From sequence record NC_031245.1: DNA of 64,000 nucleotides. The stretch is one strand, 5' to 3'. The notes beneath the pieces are model-generated. The model had not been told where the DNA came from. It did not search any database and saw only the letters and a program-made list of their open reading frames with translations. Made by a program: the position numbers and the translations under genes. Below are positions 54,969 to 64,000 of the stretch, piece after piece (position 1 is the stretch's first letter; each line of letters opens with the position of its first letter).

Positions 54969-57044
54969 GTGAAGAATGAAGAATTGTTAACTGATACTTA
55001 CAACAACGATGGTGACCAATACCCTGATTTTGAACAAGTAGTTGCTGATAGATTTAATTGGGTCATAGGTCTGAACGAGCATCTATTTACTACAAACGTG
55101 GATCCTCAAGCTATGTGGGATGCATACCTTAACAATTTACCAGCTGAAGCTCAGCAACACTATAACTGCCATGCTTGTAGACACTTTATCCAAAGATTCG
55201 GTGGATTAGTCTTCATCGATGGAGTTGGTGATAAGCACTCAGCTATCTGGGAGGAAACTAAAACTCCTGCATTCTTCGCTAATTCCGTGAGAGCTATGAA
55301 GGAGTTAGTACAAAGTGCTACAGTCAATGGAGTATTCATACCTGAAAATGCAGTATTAGGTCAACCTAAGACTGGTGAGTGGACTCACTTGGCAGTTAGG
55401 TTACCTAAGACTAGAGTTCATAAAAATAGAATCAAAACAGCTCATCAGGTATATGCTGAGAAGATTCATAACTTTGAAACTCTGATCAATGCGATTCTAT
55501 CTTTTGAGCCAGCTACTGTAGATACAGCAGTTCAATTGCTAGAGTCCGATACTTTATACCGTGCTGACAAAGTAATGGATAAGGCTAGATGGTTCCAGAA
55601 AGTAATTAAATTAAGAAATCAGGCAAGTACTTCTGAGCGTAAACGTAACGTAGTTTACATGATGGTAGCCCTAGCACCTACAGGATTCACTTCTATCAGA
55701 AGTGGTAGCTTAGGTAGATTGCTTGAAGTTATCGAATCAGGTGCAACTTACGAGGCAGTAAAGGCTGATTTCCGTAAGATTATGGATCCAGATAACTATC
55801 AACGTTCTCAATCAGCTCCAACTGCTACTGCTATCTTTAATGCTGAGAAGTTTATAGAGAAGCACGGACTAGGTGAGTCATTAGACAGACGATATGCTAC
55901 TATTGAGGAAATACCTGAGTTCTTATGGCAACCTAAAGGTCAACCTAAGGAATTAGCCGAGAAGAAATCTACTGGAGGAGTATTCAGCCATCTGACTCCT
56001 AAACAAACGTCAACAACGACTGCATCAGTAACAGGTCAAAATATTCCAGCTAAGTTGATGACCTTCGAGAAGTTCAAGAATACAGTACTACCAAGTGCTG
56101 ATGCTATCGAAGTACTTGTCGACAATCCTAATCGAATCATGGCTATGGTAACTGCTAACATTCCAACTGCTGAGAATATTCTTCAGTGGGACAATCCTTT
56201 CTCTTGGTACTACCATGGAGGAGTTGATGCTAGCATCAGAGAACGTCTGGAGGAGTATGGTGGACGTTATGAAGGCAATGAAATTCGTGCATCCTTAATT
56301 TGGGAAGGATTAACTGACTTAGACCTTCACTGTATCAGTCCTACTGGTGAGCATATTTACTATTCCACTGGTAGTCGACGTGACCGATTCGGAGGTTATC
56401 TTGACTTAGATATGAACGGAATGGACAAATCTAGTCATAAACCTGTAGAAAATATTAGATGGACTAATGCTCCTGAGGGTCGTTATAAATTCTATGTCCA
56501 CAACTACCAAGAAAGAGAGAATGGACGAAATGGTACTCCATTCAGAGTTGAGTTAGAGATCAACGGTCAGGTTTATCATTATGACGGTAAAGCATTAAGA
56601 AATAATCAGCAGGTTACTGTATTTGAGTTTGACTATAGAAAAGGTCAACAGCCAAATATCCAATCTGCAGGAGTTTCTTCTAGTGCGGAGGACTGGACTG
56701 TTGAAACTAATAAGTTCGTGAAGGTCAATGGTATCACGACTTCACCTAACTTATGGGGAGATAAACCAGTAACACATGCTGGGACTCATGTATTCTTCTT
56801 ACTTGATGGAGTCAAAGATACGTCTGAAGGTAAAGGACGAGGATTCTTTAATGAAATGCTTAAGTCCGACCTACGTGAAATCAGGAAGACTCTTGAGCTT
56901 TATACGGCAAGTACTCCGATCAAAGGTGCTGAAGAAGCAACTGCATGTGGAGTTGGTTACAATAAAGATACAGAGTGGAACTTGACAGTCAAAGTGACCT
57001 CAGGTGGTTCTTCTCGTTTAATTAAGATTGACCGATGGGATTAA
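54969..57044 (+). CDS. Large hypothetical protein with C-terminal DUF2135/YfaP-like beta-sandwich
   Basis: HYNCHACRHF motif; RASLIWE..TDLDLH..SPTGEHIYY..GGYLDLDMN..VENIRW. Confidence 0.6.
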   Translation: MKNEELLTDTYNNDGDQYPDFEQVVADRFNWVIGLNEHLFTTNVDPQAMWDAYLNNLPAEAQQHYNCHACRHFIQRFGGLVFIDGVGDKHSAIWEETKTPAFFANSVRAMKELVQSATVNGVFIPENAVLGQPKTGEWTHLAVRLPKTRVHKNRIKTAHQVYAEKIHNFETLINAILSFEPATVDTAVQLLESDTLYRADKVMDKARWFQKVIKLRNQASTSERKRNVVYMMVALAPTGFTSIRSGSLGRLLEVIESGATYEAVKADFRKIMDPDNYQRSQSAPTATAIFNAEKFIEKHGLGESLDRRYATIEEIPEFLWQPKGQPKELAEKKSTGGVFSHLTPKQTSTTTASVTGQNIPAKLMTFEKFKNTVLPSADAIEVLVDNPNRIMAMVTANIPTAENILQWDNPFSWYYHGGVDASIRERLEEYGGRYEGNEIRASLIWEGLTDLDLHCISPTGEHIYYSTGSRRDRFGGYLDLDMNGMDKSSHKPVENIRWTNAPEGRYKFYVHNYQERENGRNGTPFRVELEINGQVYHYDGKALRNNQQVTVFEFDYRKGQQPNIQSAGVSSSAEDWTVETNKFVKVNGITTSPNLWGDKPVTHAGTHVFFLLDGVKDTSEGKGRGFFNEMLKSDLREIRKTLELYTASTPIKGAEEATACGVGYNKDTEWNLTVKVTSGGSSRLIKIDRWD

Positions 57045-57070
57045 TTCTAAATAAAAATAGATAAATAAAG

Positions 57071-57096
57071 GAGCTAGGGAAACCTAGCTCTATTTT
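57071..57096 (+). terminator. Intrinsic terminator
   Basis: GAGCTAGG-GAAA-CCTAGCTC plus TATTTT. Confidence 0.8.
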
Positions 57097-57120
57097 AGTC
57101 TAAGGGAGAGATAATACATC

Positions 57121-57645
57121 ATGTTTGTTAACTACAATTACCCTAACTGGAAAACTGCTCACATAATGATACCTGACCTAATTAACAAAGCATTCGAAGT
57201 AACAGCATTCGGCTCAGGGACTCAAGGTTATATAACATGGTTTGGTTCTGACTTCACTCAATACGTACCTAAGGAAGAGAACTACCGAGAAATCGTGGGG
57301 ATGATTACTCAAGCATTCATCGTTAGAATGATAGAAAAACTTGATCTTGAGAAACAGTTGACTAGCGAATTCACATTCAGTCCAAACGATGAAGTAGTAC
57401 GTGCTCGAATTCAGGATAGAATATACACTATACTCAATAAATTTCACTATGATACAGGCTTCACTATTCAGGATGAAATGAGTAGATTTGTGTTAGGAAT
57501 GCCTACGGATTTTGGTAGTTTCAAACTAGAACCTAAGTCAAAGTATTATAGTCCTAAATACAAAGAATTTGTTAGATTTGTTACTAAATTAGATATAGTT
57601 AAAGCACAATTGGAAGCTGAATACAGCGGTCTCAAACGTCTATAG
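57121..57645 (+). CDS. Hypothetical protein
   Basis: AAGGGAG RBS; 174 aa. Confidence 0.7.
   Translation: MFVNYNYPNWKTAHIMIPDLINKAFEVTAFGSGTQGYITWFGSDFTQYVPKEENYREIVGMITQAFIVRMIEKLDLEKQLTSEFTFSPNDEVVRARIQDRIYTILNKFHYDTGFTIQDEMSRFVLGMPTDFGSFKLEPKSKYYSPKYKEFVRFVTKLDIVKAQLEAEYSGLKRL
57616..57644 (+). promoter_or_regulatory. Phage promoter motif GCT-N17-ACGTCTATA
   Basis: Exact motif inside the 3' end of the upstream ORF. Confidence 0.72.
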
Positions 57646-57666
57646 TCTTGAAAGGGAGGTCATCTC

Positions 57667-57891
57667 GTGGAAATACATCAAATACTATCTGGTCGTCAAC
57701 AAATGCGTCACGAAGCTAAATTCATTTTGGAACAAACTGATAAAGGTGACTTCAAGATAGTTAAGGACGCTGATATGTTCAATCATTCTGTTGGACTTAA
57801 AGTTAAGACTCCTCTAACTTACTTGAAGAAACAAGAAAAGACATTAGTATTTTACAACGACAATAGAGTTGAAGCTAATTTCACTCTATAA
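57667..57891 (+). CDS. Hypothetical protein
   Basis: GGGAGG RBS + GTG. Confidence 0.65.
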   Translation: MEIHQILSGRQQMRHEAKFILEQTDKGDFKIVKDADMFNHSVGLKVKTPLTYLKKQEKTLVFYNDNRVEANFTL

Positions 57892-57923
57892 CATCATGAA
57901 TTGACAACAAGGAGTAATGCATC

Positions 57924-58529
57924 ATGAATGACATCAATGGGACAGTACATCCTCGACTGTACGTCTTGGAGGGGTACGAAATGGTAGGTAAGACTGAATT
58001 CATTGATTCTTATCTACAACATGCTTTCAAGTTCCGACCTTCATATGAGGATCTCAATCTAAGAGAATTCATACCTGGTAATTCAAGGAGTCTTCTTGGA
58101 GTTACGGTACTTGACTTCCTCTCTCAGAATCCAGTTCTAATCAATCGGGATATGGTATTCGATAGAGGGTTATTAAGTGGACTGCTCTATGCTAAGTTGT
58201 ATCCTCAAAACGGTACCAACATAGAGCAGGATATTGATAGATTTCTTGGAATGTATCGTATGATGGATACCAAGGTAGTCTATCTATATCACACTGACAA
58301 GGAGTATGCTCGAGATATGTTCGAGTCCAGTAAAAGTCGGACAACTAACGATGCGTCATTTGATCCACCGACTTTCGATAAGTACTGGGACGAGTTCTCT
58401 CGTACGCATGAATGGGCAATAGAGATATTGGAGAAGTACTTTGCGTCATCAGGAGTTTCGTATACTATGATACCAACGATACAAGCTCGTGATGAACAGT
58501 ACGTAAAAACTAAATTAGATCTACTGTAA
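57924..58529 (+). CDS. dNMP kinase (thymidylate kinase-like P-loop)
   Basis: VLEGYEMVGKTEF P-loop; VFDRG. Confidence 0.7.
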   Translation: MNDINGTVHPRLYVLEGYEMVGKTEFIDSYLQHAFKFRPSYEDLNLREFIPGNSRSLLGVTVLDFLSQNPVLINRDMVFDRGLLSGLLYAKLYPQNGTNIEQDIDRFLGMYRMMDTKVVYLYHTDKEYARDMFESSKSRTTNDASFDPPTFDKYWDEFSRTHEWAIEILEKYFASSGVSYTMIPTIQARDEQYVKTKLDLL

Positions 58530-58553
58530 TTTGTAGTTTAGGGGGAAATTGAT

Positions 58554-59105
58554 TTGACTAAGAGAGTTGCATTTGACATTGATGATACACTAAGTAAAAG
58601 TATGCCTAAGTTTGTTAGCGAACTTAACCTATTAACAGGTAAGAACATTCAGTTCGAAAGTATCCCTGAACTGATCAAGGACTTACCAATTTACTCTAAT
58701 CCATTGTTTTCATTATACAGTGAAGTTGGGGATGAGGTACTCTCATCCCATTTCAGAGAAAATGAAGCATCCTGGATCCTCAATATGGAAGTAATGAAGG
58801 ACGGACTAGCTAAGGCTAAGGAACATGCTGAGCTTGGTCATGAAATCTTCTATATTACTGCTAGACCTATTGCGGTAAAATTTGAGACAGTTCAGTGGTT
58901 AATGCTTCATGGATTTCCTGTCGGAGAAGTATTTCATAACTGGGACAAACTGAAGATGGCTAGAAATTATAACATTGACATATTTTACGAGGACAATCTC
59001 CACAATGCTAAGCTGCTAGCTGATGCAGGTATCGAGACTTACTTGATTGACGGAGTACATAATCGTCAGATTGATCTCGGAATTGAACGACTCTATTGGA
59101 AATAA
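58554..59105 (+). CDS. HAD-family 5'(3')-deoxyribonucleotidase (NT5C-like)
   Basis: FDIDDTL, YITAR, FYEDNLHN. Confidence 0.82.
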   Translation: MTKRVAFDIDDTLSKSMPKFVSELNLLTGKNIQFESIPELIKDLPIYSNPLFSLYSEVGDEVLSSHFRENEASWILNMEVMKDGLAKAKEHAELGHEIFYITARPIAVKFETVQWLMLHGFPVGEVFHNWDKLKMARNYNIDIFYEDNLHNAKLLADAGIETYLIDGVHNRQIDLGIERLYWK

Positions 59106-59130
59106 TATTTTCCAAATTTAGAAAATAAAG

Positions 59131-59159
59131 GCTGTATTTGGAAGCTACGAACGTTTATA
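59131..59159 (+). promoter_or_regulatory. Phage promoter motif GCT-N17-ACGTTTATA
   Basis: Exact motif and spacing. Confidence 0.75.
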
Positions 59160-59183
59160 AGTTCGAAGGGAGAAGGTTACTAA

Positions 59184-60218
59184 ATGTTAATAGGTTATTA
59201 CACTGATCCGCATTGGACAATGGCATCCTCAATTTTAAAGGCAACAAGTGGAAAGTTAGGACCTAGACTTGAGTCTATGATCGAGTCCTATCGTTGGATG
59301 TATGATCGACTCGGTAAAGATGTGGATGCGATAGTCGATGGTGGGGACTTGACTGATAACGCATTCCTAAGAGCTGAAGAGATAAGTGCTATGTCGACAG
59401 CCTTGTCCTTCAATAAAGGAATACCTGAGTATCACTTGCTAGGAAATCATGAAAAGTTGACCGAATCCAGTGAGTATCACTCGCTATCAATGCTTGGTCT
59501 ATTGCCTCATATCAAGATAATAGACAAACCACAAAGAATGGATATCAATCCTGATGTCTCATTCCTGCCTTATTCTCACAATCCTGACTTGTCAACGATT
59601 CGTGAGTTATCTGGCAAAGTACTGTTTTCACATGTTACAGTGTTAGGCTCATTACTAACTTCAGTATTCCGAGCTAGTCATGGAGTTGATGCTCAATTTC
59701 TTGATGACTGTTTTGATTTAGTACTTAACGGACATATCCATTCTTCTCAATGGGTAAGTAAGAAAGTTCTAAACTTCGGAGTTATGACTGGAGTATCTTT
59801 TGGTGATAACTATCAGCTTCACTACCCTTCAATCGGGATACTTGATACTGATACGATGAAAGTTGAGGTTATCGAGAATCCTCATGCAATTAGATTCAAG
59901 AAGTTCGAATGCGATACTATCGCTGGACTTTCTACGTATCTAAATGGACTCAAACCAGGAAATTATGCCCTTCAAGTAAAAGTTCCATTTGAGTTGCGTG
60001 ATGAGGCACGTAGAATAGTTAACTCAGATCCTAAGGTAGTATCAAGTCGGGTAAGTAGCAAGATCGATACCCATACAGTCCTCAAAACTGTAGAGGTCGA
60101 TAAGATATCAAATCGAGCTACTGGTCGTGAATCTTTAGTCGAGTTCGTGAAAACTAAGAAGAAACTATCTCACGAAGCATCTGATATTTTCAGAGTCATC
60201 GACAGTCTGTATGAATAG
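59184..60218 (+). CDS. Mre11/SbcD-like nuclease (T4 gp47-like)
   Basis: TDPH, GGDLTD, LGNHE, FSH, NGHIH metallophosphoesterase motifs; upstream of the SbcC-like gene. Confidence 0.88.
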   Translation: MLIGYYTDPHWTMASSILKATSGKLGPRLESMIESYRWMYDRLGKDVDAIVDGGDLTDNAFLRAEEISAMSTALSFNKGIPEYHLLGNHEKLTESSEYHSLSMLGLLPHIKIIDKPQRMDINPDVSFLPYSHNPDLSTIRELSGKVLFSHVTVLGSLLTSVFRASHGVDAQFLDDCFDLVLNGHIHSSQWVSKKVLNFGVMTGVSFGDNYQLHYPSIGILDTDTMKVEVIENPHAIRFKKFECDTIAGLSTYLNGLKPGNYALQVKVPFELRDEARRIVNSDPKVVSSRVSSKIDTHTVLKTVEVDKISNRATGRESLVEFVKTKKKLSHEASDIFRVIDSLYE

Positions 60219-60232
60219 GGTGGTGATATTGA

Positions 60233-62101
60233 ATGTATGTTAATTTCAAGTATTTGAAACTAGAAGGATTCCTTTCAATTGGTGAAGCCGAAGTCGTACT
60301 TAATGATCGAGGTATGACTCGTATCCACGGTATCAATAATTACGATGAAGGTTCCAAGTCAAATGGATCAGGCAAGTCTTCTTTACTAGAGGGTATCATC
60401 TGGACTCTTACTGAAGAAACTGCTCGTGGTACTAAAGACGTAATTAACGATACTTGGAAAGGATGGGTACTTAGTGAGCTAATATTCGACGTAGATAAAG
60501 TTGAGTATAAACTTACACGTACTAGAAAACATCCAGATCATGGGACTAATTTGAAGATTGAAAAGAATGGAGAAGACATCTCTGGTAACACTTACACTAA
60601 GTCGAAAGAGATATTGGCTCAGGAACTACCATTCTTGGATAAGGATATGATAATCTCAATCCTCTTGATCTCTCAAGGAATGCCTGGACGATTCTCAGGT
60701 ATGAAAGCTAAAAGACGTAAAGAACGTCTTGAGGAGCTATCTAACTCAACAGGTTTCATTAACGAGCTTCAAGGTCGGATAAACCGTAAGTCAAAGTCAT
60801 TGACAAAGCTTATAACTGAAGACGAAAAAGTTTTAGCTACAGCTAGATCGTCTATCCAGATCCATCGCTCGAGTATTGAGACTAAGAAAGAATACCTAGA
60901 ACGTCAGCAGCAAGTCCAATCCCAAGGATTAACTCAACAAGAGTATGATAAGCTTCATGCTGAATTGGATCAGCTCCAAATTAGCAGTAATGAGGTAAGT
61001 GAAGCTGTTCAGAAATTGGATGAAAAATTGAGTATCAAGGTTGCAGAAAGTAATCACTTGCGTAACCAATTGTCTCAGTTTGACAGTCAAATAGCTCAAG
61101 CTAAGATGCAAATCCAACATACTGAGAACTTAGTTAACTCAGCTAGGAACAACGTGATTAGCTTGGGACAAGAATTACAACTGATTTCCCATGCTCAGTG
61201 TTATGCTTGTAAACAGGACATAGTGGATCAAAATCGAGTGGAGCAAATGAAAGCTGATATCACTAACAAGATTAAAGCTGAAAAGCAAACAATGTTCGAT
61301 GGTGATAACGCTATCAAGATAGCTAATCAGACAATTCTCTCTACTGAGAAGGCTAAGCAAGGTGCTCAATCAGCACTTAACCTAGTTGACGAAGAGATCA
61401 AATCTATCACTGCTAGCAAGCAAGAGTTGGTAATCAATGCAAATCAGATTTACGCTCAAATGCAACCTATTAATGAAAGGTTGAAGTTAGGTATTAAGTC
61501 TGATACATCTTTTGATTTTATTGAATCGGAAATATCACAACTAGAACTCGACATCTCAGAATTGCAAAAACAGATTGATGAAGTTGAAGCTAGGCTACTG
61601 GTCAATAAGAAAGATGCTGATATTCTTAATTGGTTAGGTCGTCAGTCATCCAGAGATTTTAGAAGTTATCTACTGAAGGGTGTAGTCGATTACTTGAACC
61701 ACCGACTAGGTAACTACTCTGAAATGCTCTACAACGATAAATCTAAAGTCTATCTGAAACTTGATGGAAATGATTTAGATTTGTACTACGTTACTAAACC
61801 TTATGAAAACTTATCTGGTGGTGAACGTAGACGAGTTGACTTATGTATGCAGTTAGCTTTGAGGGATTTATGTAGAAATGAAACTGACTTGGTATTTAAT
61901 ATCTTAGCTCTTGATGAAATATTCGACAATCTCGATGCGGAAGGTATAACACGTGTACTTGAAATGATTAAAGTCGTATCTTCAGAGGTGGATTCACTTC
62001 TAATCATAACACATAGCGAAAACTTGTCCATGCCGTATGATTCTCAAATTCTAGTTGAGAAAACTCACGAAGGATTCAGTCGGGTAGTTGAGAGCTACTA
62101 A
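60233..62101 (+). CDS. Rad50/SbcC-like ATPase (T4 gp46-like)
   Basis: NGSGKSS Walker A, coiled coil with CYAC Zn hook, LSGGE signature, LDEIFDNLD, IITH. Confidence 0.93.
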   Translation: MYVNFKYLKLEGFLSIGEAEVVLNDRGMTRIHGINNYDEGSKSNGSGKSSLLEGIIWTLTEETARGTKDVINDTWKGWVLSELIFDVDKVEYKLTRTRKHPDHGTNLKIEKNGEDISGNTYTKSKEILAQELPFLDKDMIISILLISQGMPGRFSGMKAKRRKERLEELSNSTGFINELQGRINRKSKSLTKLITEDEKVLATARSSIQIHRSSIETKKEYLERQQQVQSQGLTQQEYDKLHAELDQLQISSNEVSEAVQKLDEKLSIKVAESNHLRNQLSQFDSQIAQAKMQIQHTENLVNSARNNVISLGQELQLISHAQCYACKQDIVDQNRVEQMKADITNKIKAEKQTMFDGDNAIKIANQTILSTEKAKQGAQSALNLVDEEIKSITASKQELVINANQIYAQMQPINERLKLGIKSDTSFDFIESEISQLELDISELQKQIDEVEARLLVNKKDADILNWLGRQSSRDFRSYLLKGVVDYLNHRLGNYSEMLYNDKSKVYLKLDGNDLDLYYVTKPYENLSGGERRRVDLCMQLALRDLCRNETDLVFNILALDEIFDNLDAEGITRVLEMIKVVSSEVDSLLIITHSENLSMPYDSQILVEKTHEGFSRVVESY

Positions 62102-62116
62102 GGAGGAAGAAGTTAA

Positions 62117-62365
62117 ATGGATTACTTCGAGTTAAATTTTAATGATTTTGATACAAATCGACTCGAGAGATTAATCAATCTTTATCTTAGAGAGAACTTT
62201 AATTATCTAGAAGGAATCACAATTGATGAGAATGTAGGGGAAGATCATCAATTTGGAGTACATTTAGTAAGACCTATCGAAGTAGCATCTCGTTACATAT
62301 TCGAGGAAAGACTTCAGGATTACTTACTAGAGTCCATTAGAAATCAGGGTACTGGGCTACTCTAA
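62117..62365 (+). CDS. Hypothetical protein
   Basis: AAGGAGG RBS; 82 aa. Confidence 0.7.
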   Translation: MDYFELNFNDFDTNRLERLINLYLRENFNYLEGITIDENVGEDHQFGVHLVRPIEVASRYIFEERLQDYLLESIRNQGTGLL

Positions 62366-62380
62366 GGGGGTAGGAAGTAC

Positions 62381-63058
62381 ATGGCTGGAGTTTACGAATT
62401 GGAAGCTAAGGTAAAAGCAATATACAATAAGGATCCTGACAATCCAGATCCTGATTTGTACTTAGCTATCCGAAATCTAGCTGAGAAGATTCTGGTAGTG
62501 AAACACATTGCTGGAAATCGTGAAGAAGTAGAGTCCATATCGCATAACCTAGCTGCTGATCTTTATATGAGCATAGCCTCAGGAAAGCTCAGGGTTAGTA
62601 GTTGGACTAAATACGTGTGGTTACGACTCTACAAATATAGAGAATTATATCTGAAGGAAAAGGGTAAACAGTTCTTCAAGGCTAAGGACTGGGCTCAGGT
62701 CGATACATTGAAGAACTTGCATAGCGGTTCTAAGCATTACTTCAATAGTATGGCAGATATTGAGTATGAGGATCTTATCGATAGGATACCTCAAGTGTTC
62801 AAAGAGAAATATGAGGAATTTAGTAGATATACTCCACAGCATTGTGACTATGAAAATATCTTACTTTCAGTTGTACTAACTATTGTCAGAGGGGATTTGA
62901 CTTTGTACAACGTTCCATCACATAGCTCAGGTTACGTGAGAATGATGAGTAGAGTTATTATTCAAGAATGCTATAAGTATATCAAAAAGTACTCAGGTGG
63001 CGATAACACCAAGGTTCATGAATTTACTAGTTACTTCGAGGTGGTATATAATGACTAA
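62381..63058 (+). CDS. Putative second (late) sigma-like factor, gp55-like
   Basis: LYLAIRNLAEKI...EEV..I..NLAADLY...WTKYVWLRL resembles sigma region 2 as in T4 gp55; adjacent to gp46/47-like genes. Confidence 0.4.
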   Translation: MAGVYELEAKVKAIYNKDPDNPDPDLYLAIRNLAEKILVVKHIAGNREEVESISHNLAADLYMSIASGKLRVSSWTKYVWLRLYKYRELYLKEKGKQFFKAKDWAQVDTLKNLHSGSKHYFNSMADIEYEDLIDRIPQVFKEKYEEFSRYTPQHCDYENILLSVVLTIVRGDLTLYNVPSHSSGYVRMMSRVIIQECYKYIKKYSGGDNTKVHEFTSYFEVVYND

Positions 63059-63470
63059 TCAATCCGCTGTAACACCTGATGACTTGCTGAATCAAATGTC
63101 AGAAACTAATGACTTGTATTTCGTATCGATGATGCTATTATATCTTCAAAAGGAAGATAGTCGCTACAGTACATTGTCAGAGTTGTCTTTCATACTTGAT
63201 CAGTCAAGTTTCTTGAACCTGATTTGGTTCTATGAAGGTCAGACGATTAAGATTCCTACTAAGAAAGAGTTGAGTGAGTCACTTCGTCTAATTCTATGTT
63301 ACTATTATTATGATGTTCAGAAGTTGCCATGGGAGGAAGTATTCCATAAGATCGGACTGGAGTATGATGTTAAGACTTCTAGGCACCTGAAAGCTAAGAT
63401 GTCATGGTTCAGAAAAAATCTCAAAAACATTAAACTACCTAAAAGCTTGAAGCCTGAGACTGAACAGTAA
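63051..63470 (+). CDS. Putative DNA-binding/transcription protein (Mor-like)
   Basis: FLNLIWFYEGQTIKIP resembles the Mor-family L...YGG..IYIP motif; GAGGTG RBS. Confidence 0.4.
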   Translation: MTNQSAVTPDDLLNQMSETNDLYFVSMMLLYLQKEDSRYSTLSELSFILDQSSFLNLIWFYEGQTIKIPTKKELSESLRLILCYYYYDVQKLPWEEVFHKIGLEYDVKTSRHLKAKMSWFRKNLKNIKLPKSLKPETEQ

Positions 63471-63586
63471 TTGATAATACAAAAAGAGGGCAAAATTAAA
63501 TCTAAAATACATCAAGGGTACGCATCTGAGTAGATAAATATAACAAGCTAAGACGTACATCTAGAGAAACTAATGGGGGAATTTAA

Positions 63587-64000
63587 ATGATCATCAAAGT
63601 ATTCGGAATTGGAAATCATTCTACAGGATTTGACTCTAAGCAACCACCTATGATGGGGATCATAAATCGTGCTTATTGTTCTAGCGGAACTAGTAAAAAG
63701 TCTAAGTCATGGGGTAATGGGTTCATCTCATTCTCACCTGGTATCAAGTTATATTCAGCACCTGAGTCTGGAGAAACAATTAAAGCTTCTAAGCTAACTA
63801 AGACAATCTCTCCTCTAGTTAAAGGACTAGAGTTCGAAGGAGAATTCAGAACTACTGAAAGTCAGCAAGAGTTCTTAGCTATCTTCCGTCGCTCTATCGA
63901 AGAGCCAACTCATTACTTGATTACAGTGAAATCTAAAATCCGTGAAGGTGACGGTCAAACAGAAATAGAAAGACTGTTACCAGATAGTCAAGGTAAGATA
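63587..64000 (+). CDS. Hypothetical protein (3'-truncated by the window)
   Basis: GGGGG RBS; ATG at 63587 with frame open to the window end (MIIKVFGIGNH...). Confidence 0.65.
   Translation, partial: MIIKVFGIGNHSTGFDSKQPPMMGIINRAYCSSGTSKKSKSWGNGFISFSPGIKLYSAPESGETIKASKLTKTISPLVKGLEFEGEFRTTESQQEFLAIFRRSIEEPTHYLITVKSKIREGDGQTEIERLLPDSQGKI

Noticed and set aside
1-64000. tRNA, rRNA or CRISPR loci; other short antisense ORFs in the track; restriction-site avoidance
   Set aside because: No cloverleaf, rRNA or repeat-spacer pattern seen by eye (tRNAscan-SE would confirm); antisense ORFs lie under well-supported genes; k-mer depletion cannot be judged without counting

Overview
The window is a segment of a large lytic dsDNA phage (probably a jumbo myovirus) that most likely infects Bacillus or a close relative. 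The host inference rests on strong GGAGG ribosome-binding sites, a CwlK/Ply500-type endolysin and YkuV-, YmaB- and YhaM-like genes. Layout: (1) 1-10.9 kb, the 3' part of a late block with a >2,500-aa acidic repeat fibre-like protein and a lysis cassette; (2) 10.9-14.1 kb, small minus-strand genes; (3) a divergent non-coding hinge at about 14.2-14.4 kb; (4) 14.6-64 kb, a plus-strand replication, recombination and nucleotide-metabolism block. That block encodes a sigma factor, type IIA topoisomerase B and A subunits, RusA, HU, a UvsW-like helicase with a CTG start, a DnaB-like helicase, primase, an SSB with a Q/N-rich tail, RecA, UDG, a 5'-3' exonuclease, UvsE, a family A DNA polymerase, Mre11/Rad50 and a second sigma-like gene. 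Two group I introns split recA (no ORF) and polA (GIY-YIG endonuclease); junctions were derived by eye. A bipartite motif GCT-N17-ACGTYTATA occurs 22 times upstream of genes between 12.7 and 59.2 kb; I saw none in the late block, and it is probably the phage-sigma promoter. The best candidate for an undescribed system is the NDT-family N-glycosidase + SDR reductase + divergent ThyX-like cluster (51.7-54.9 kb). With a dNMP kinase, nucleotidases and two UDG-fold domains, it may build a C5-alkylated uracil nucleotide for hypermodified DNA. All family calls come from motif recognition, not database searches. I found no CRISPR arrays, tRNAs or rRNAs.
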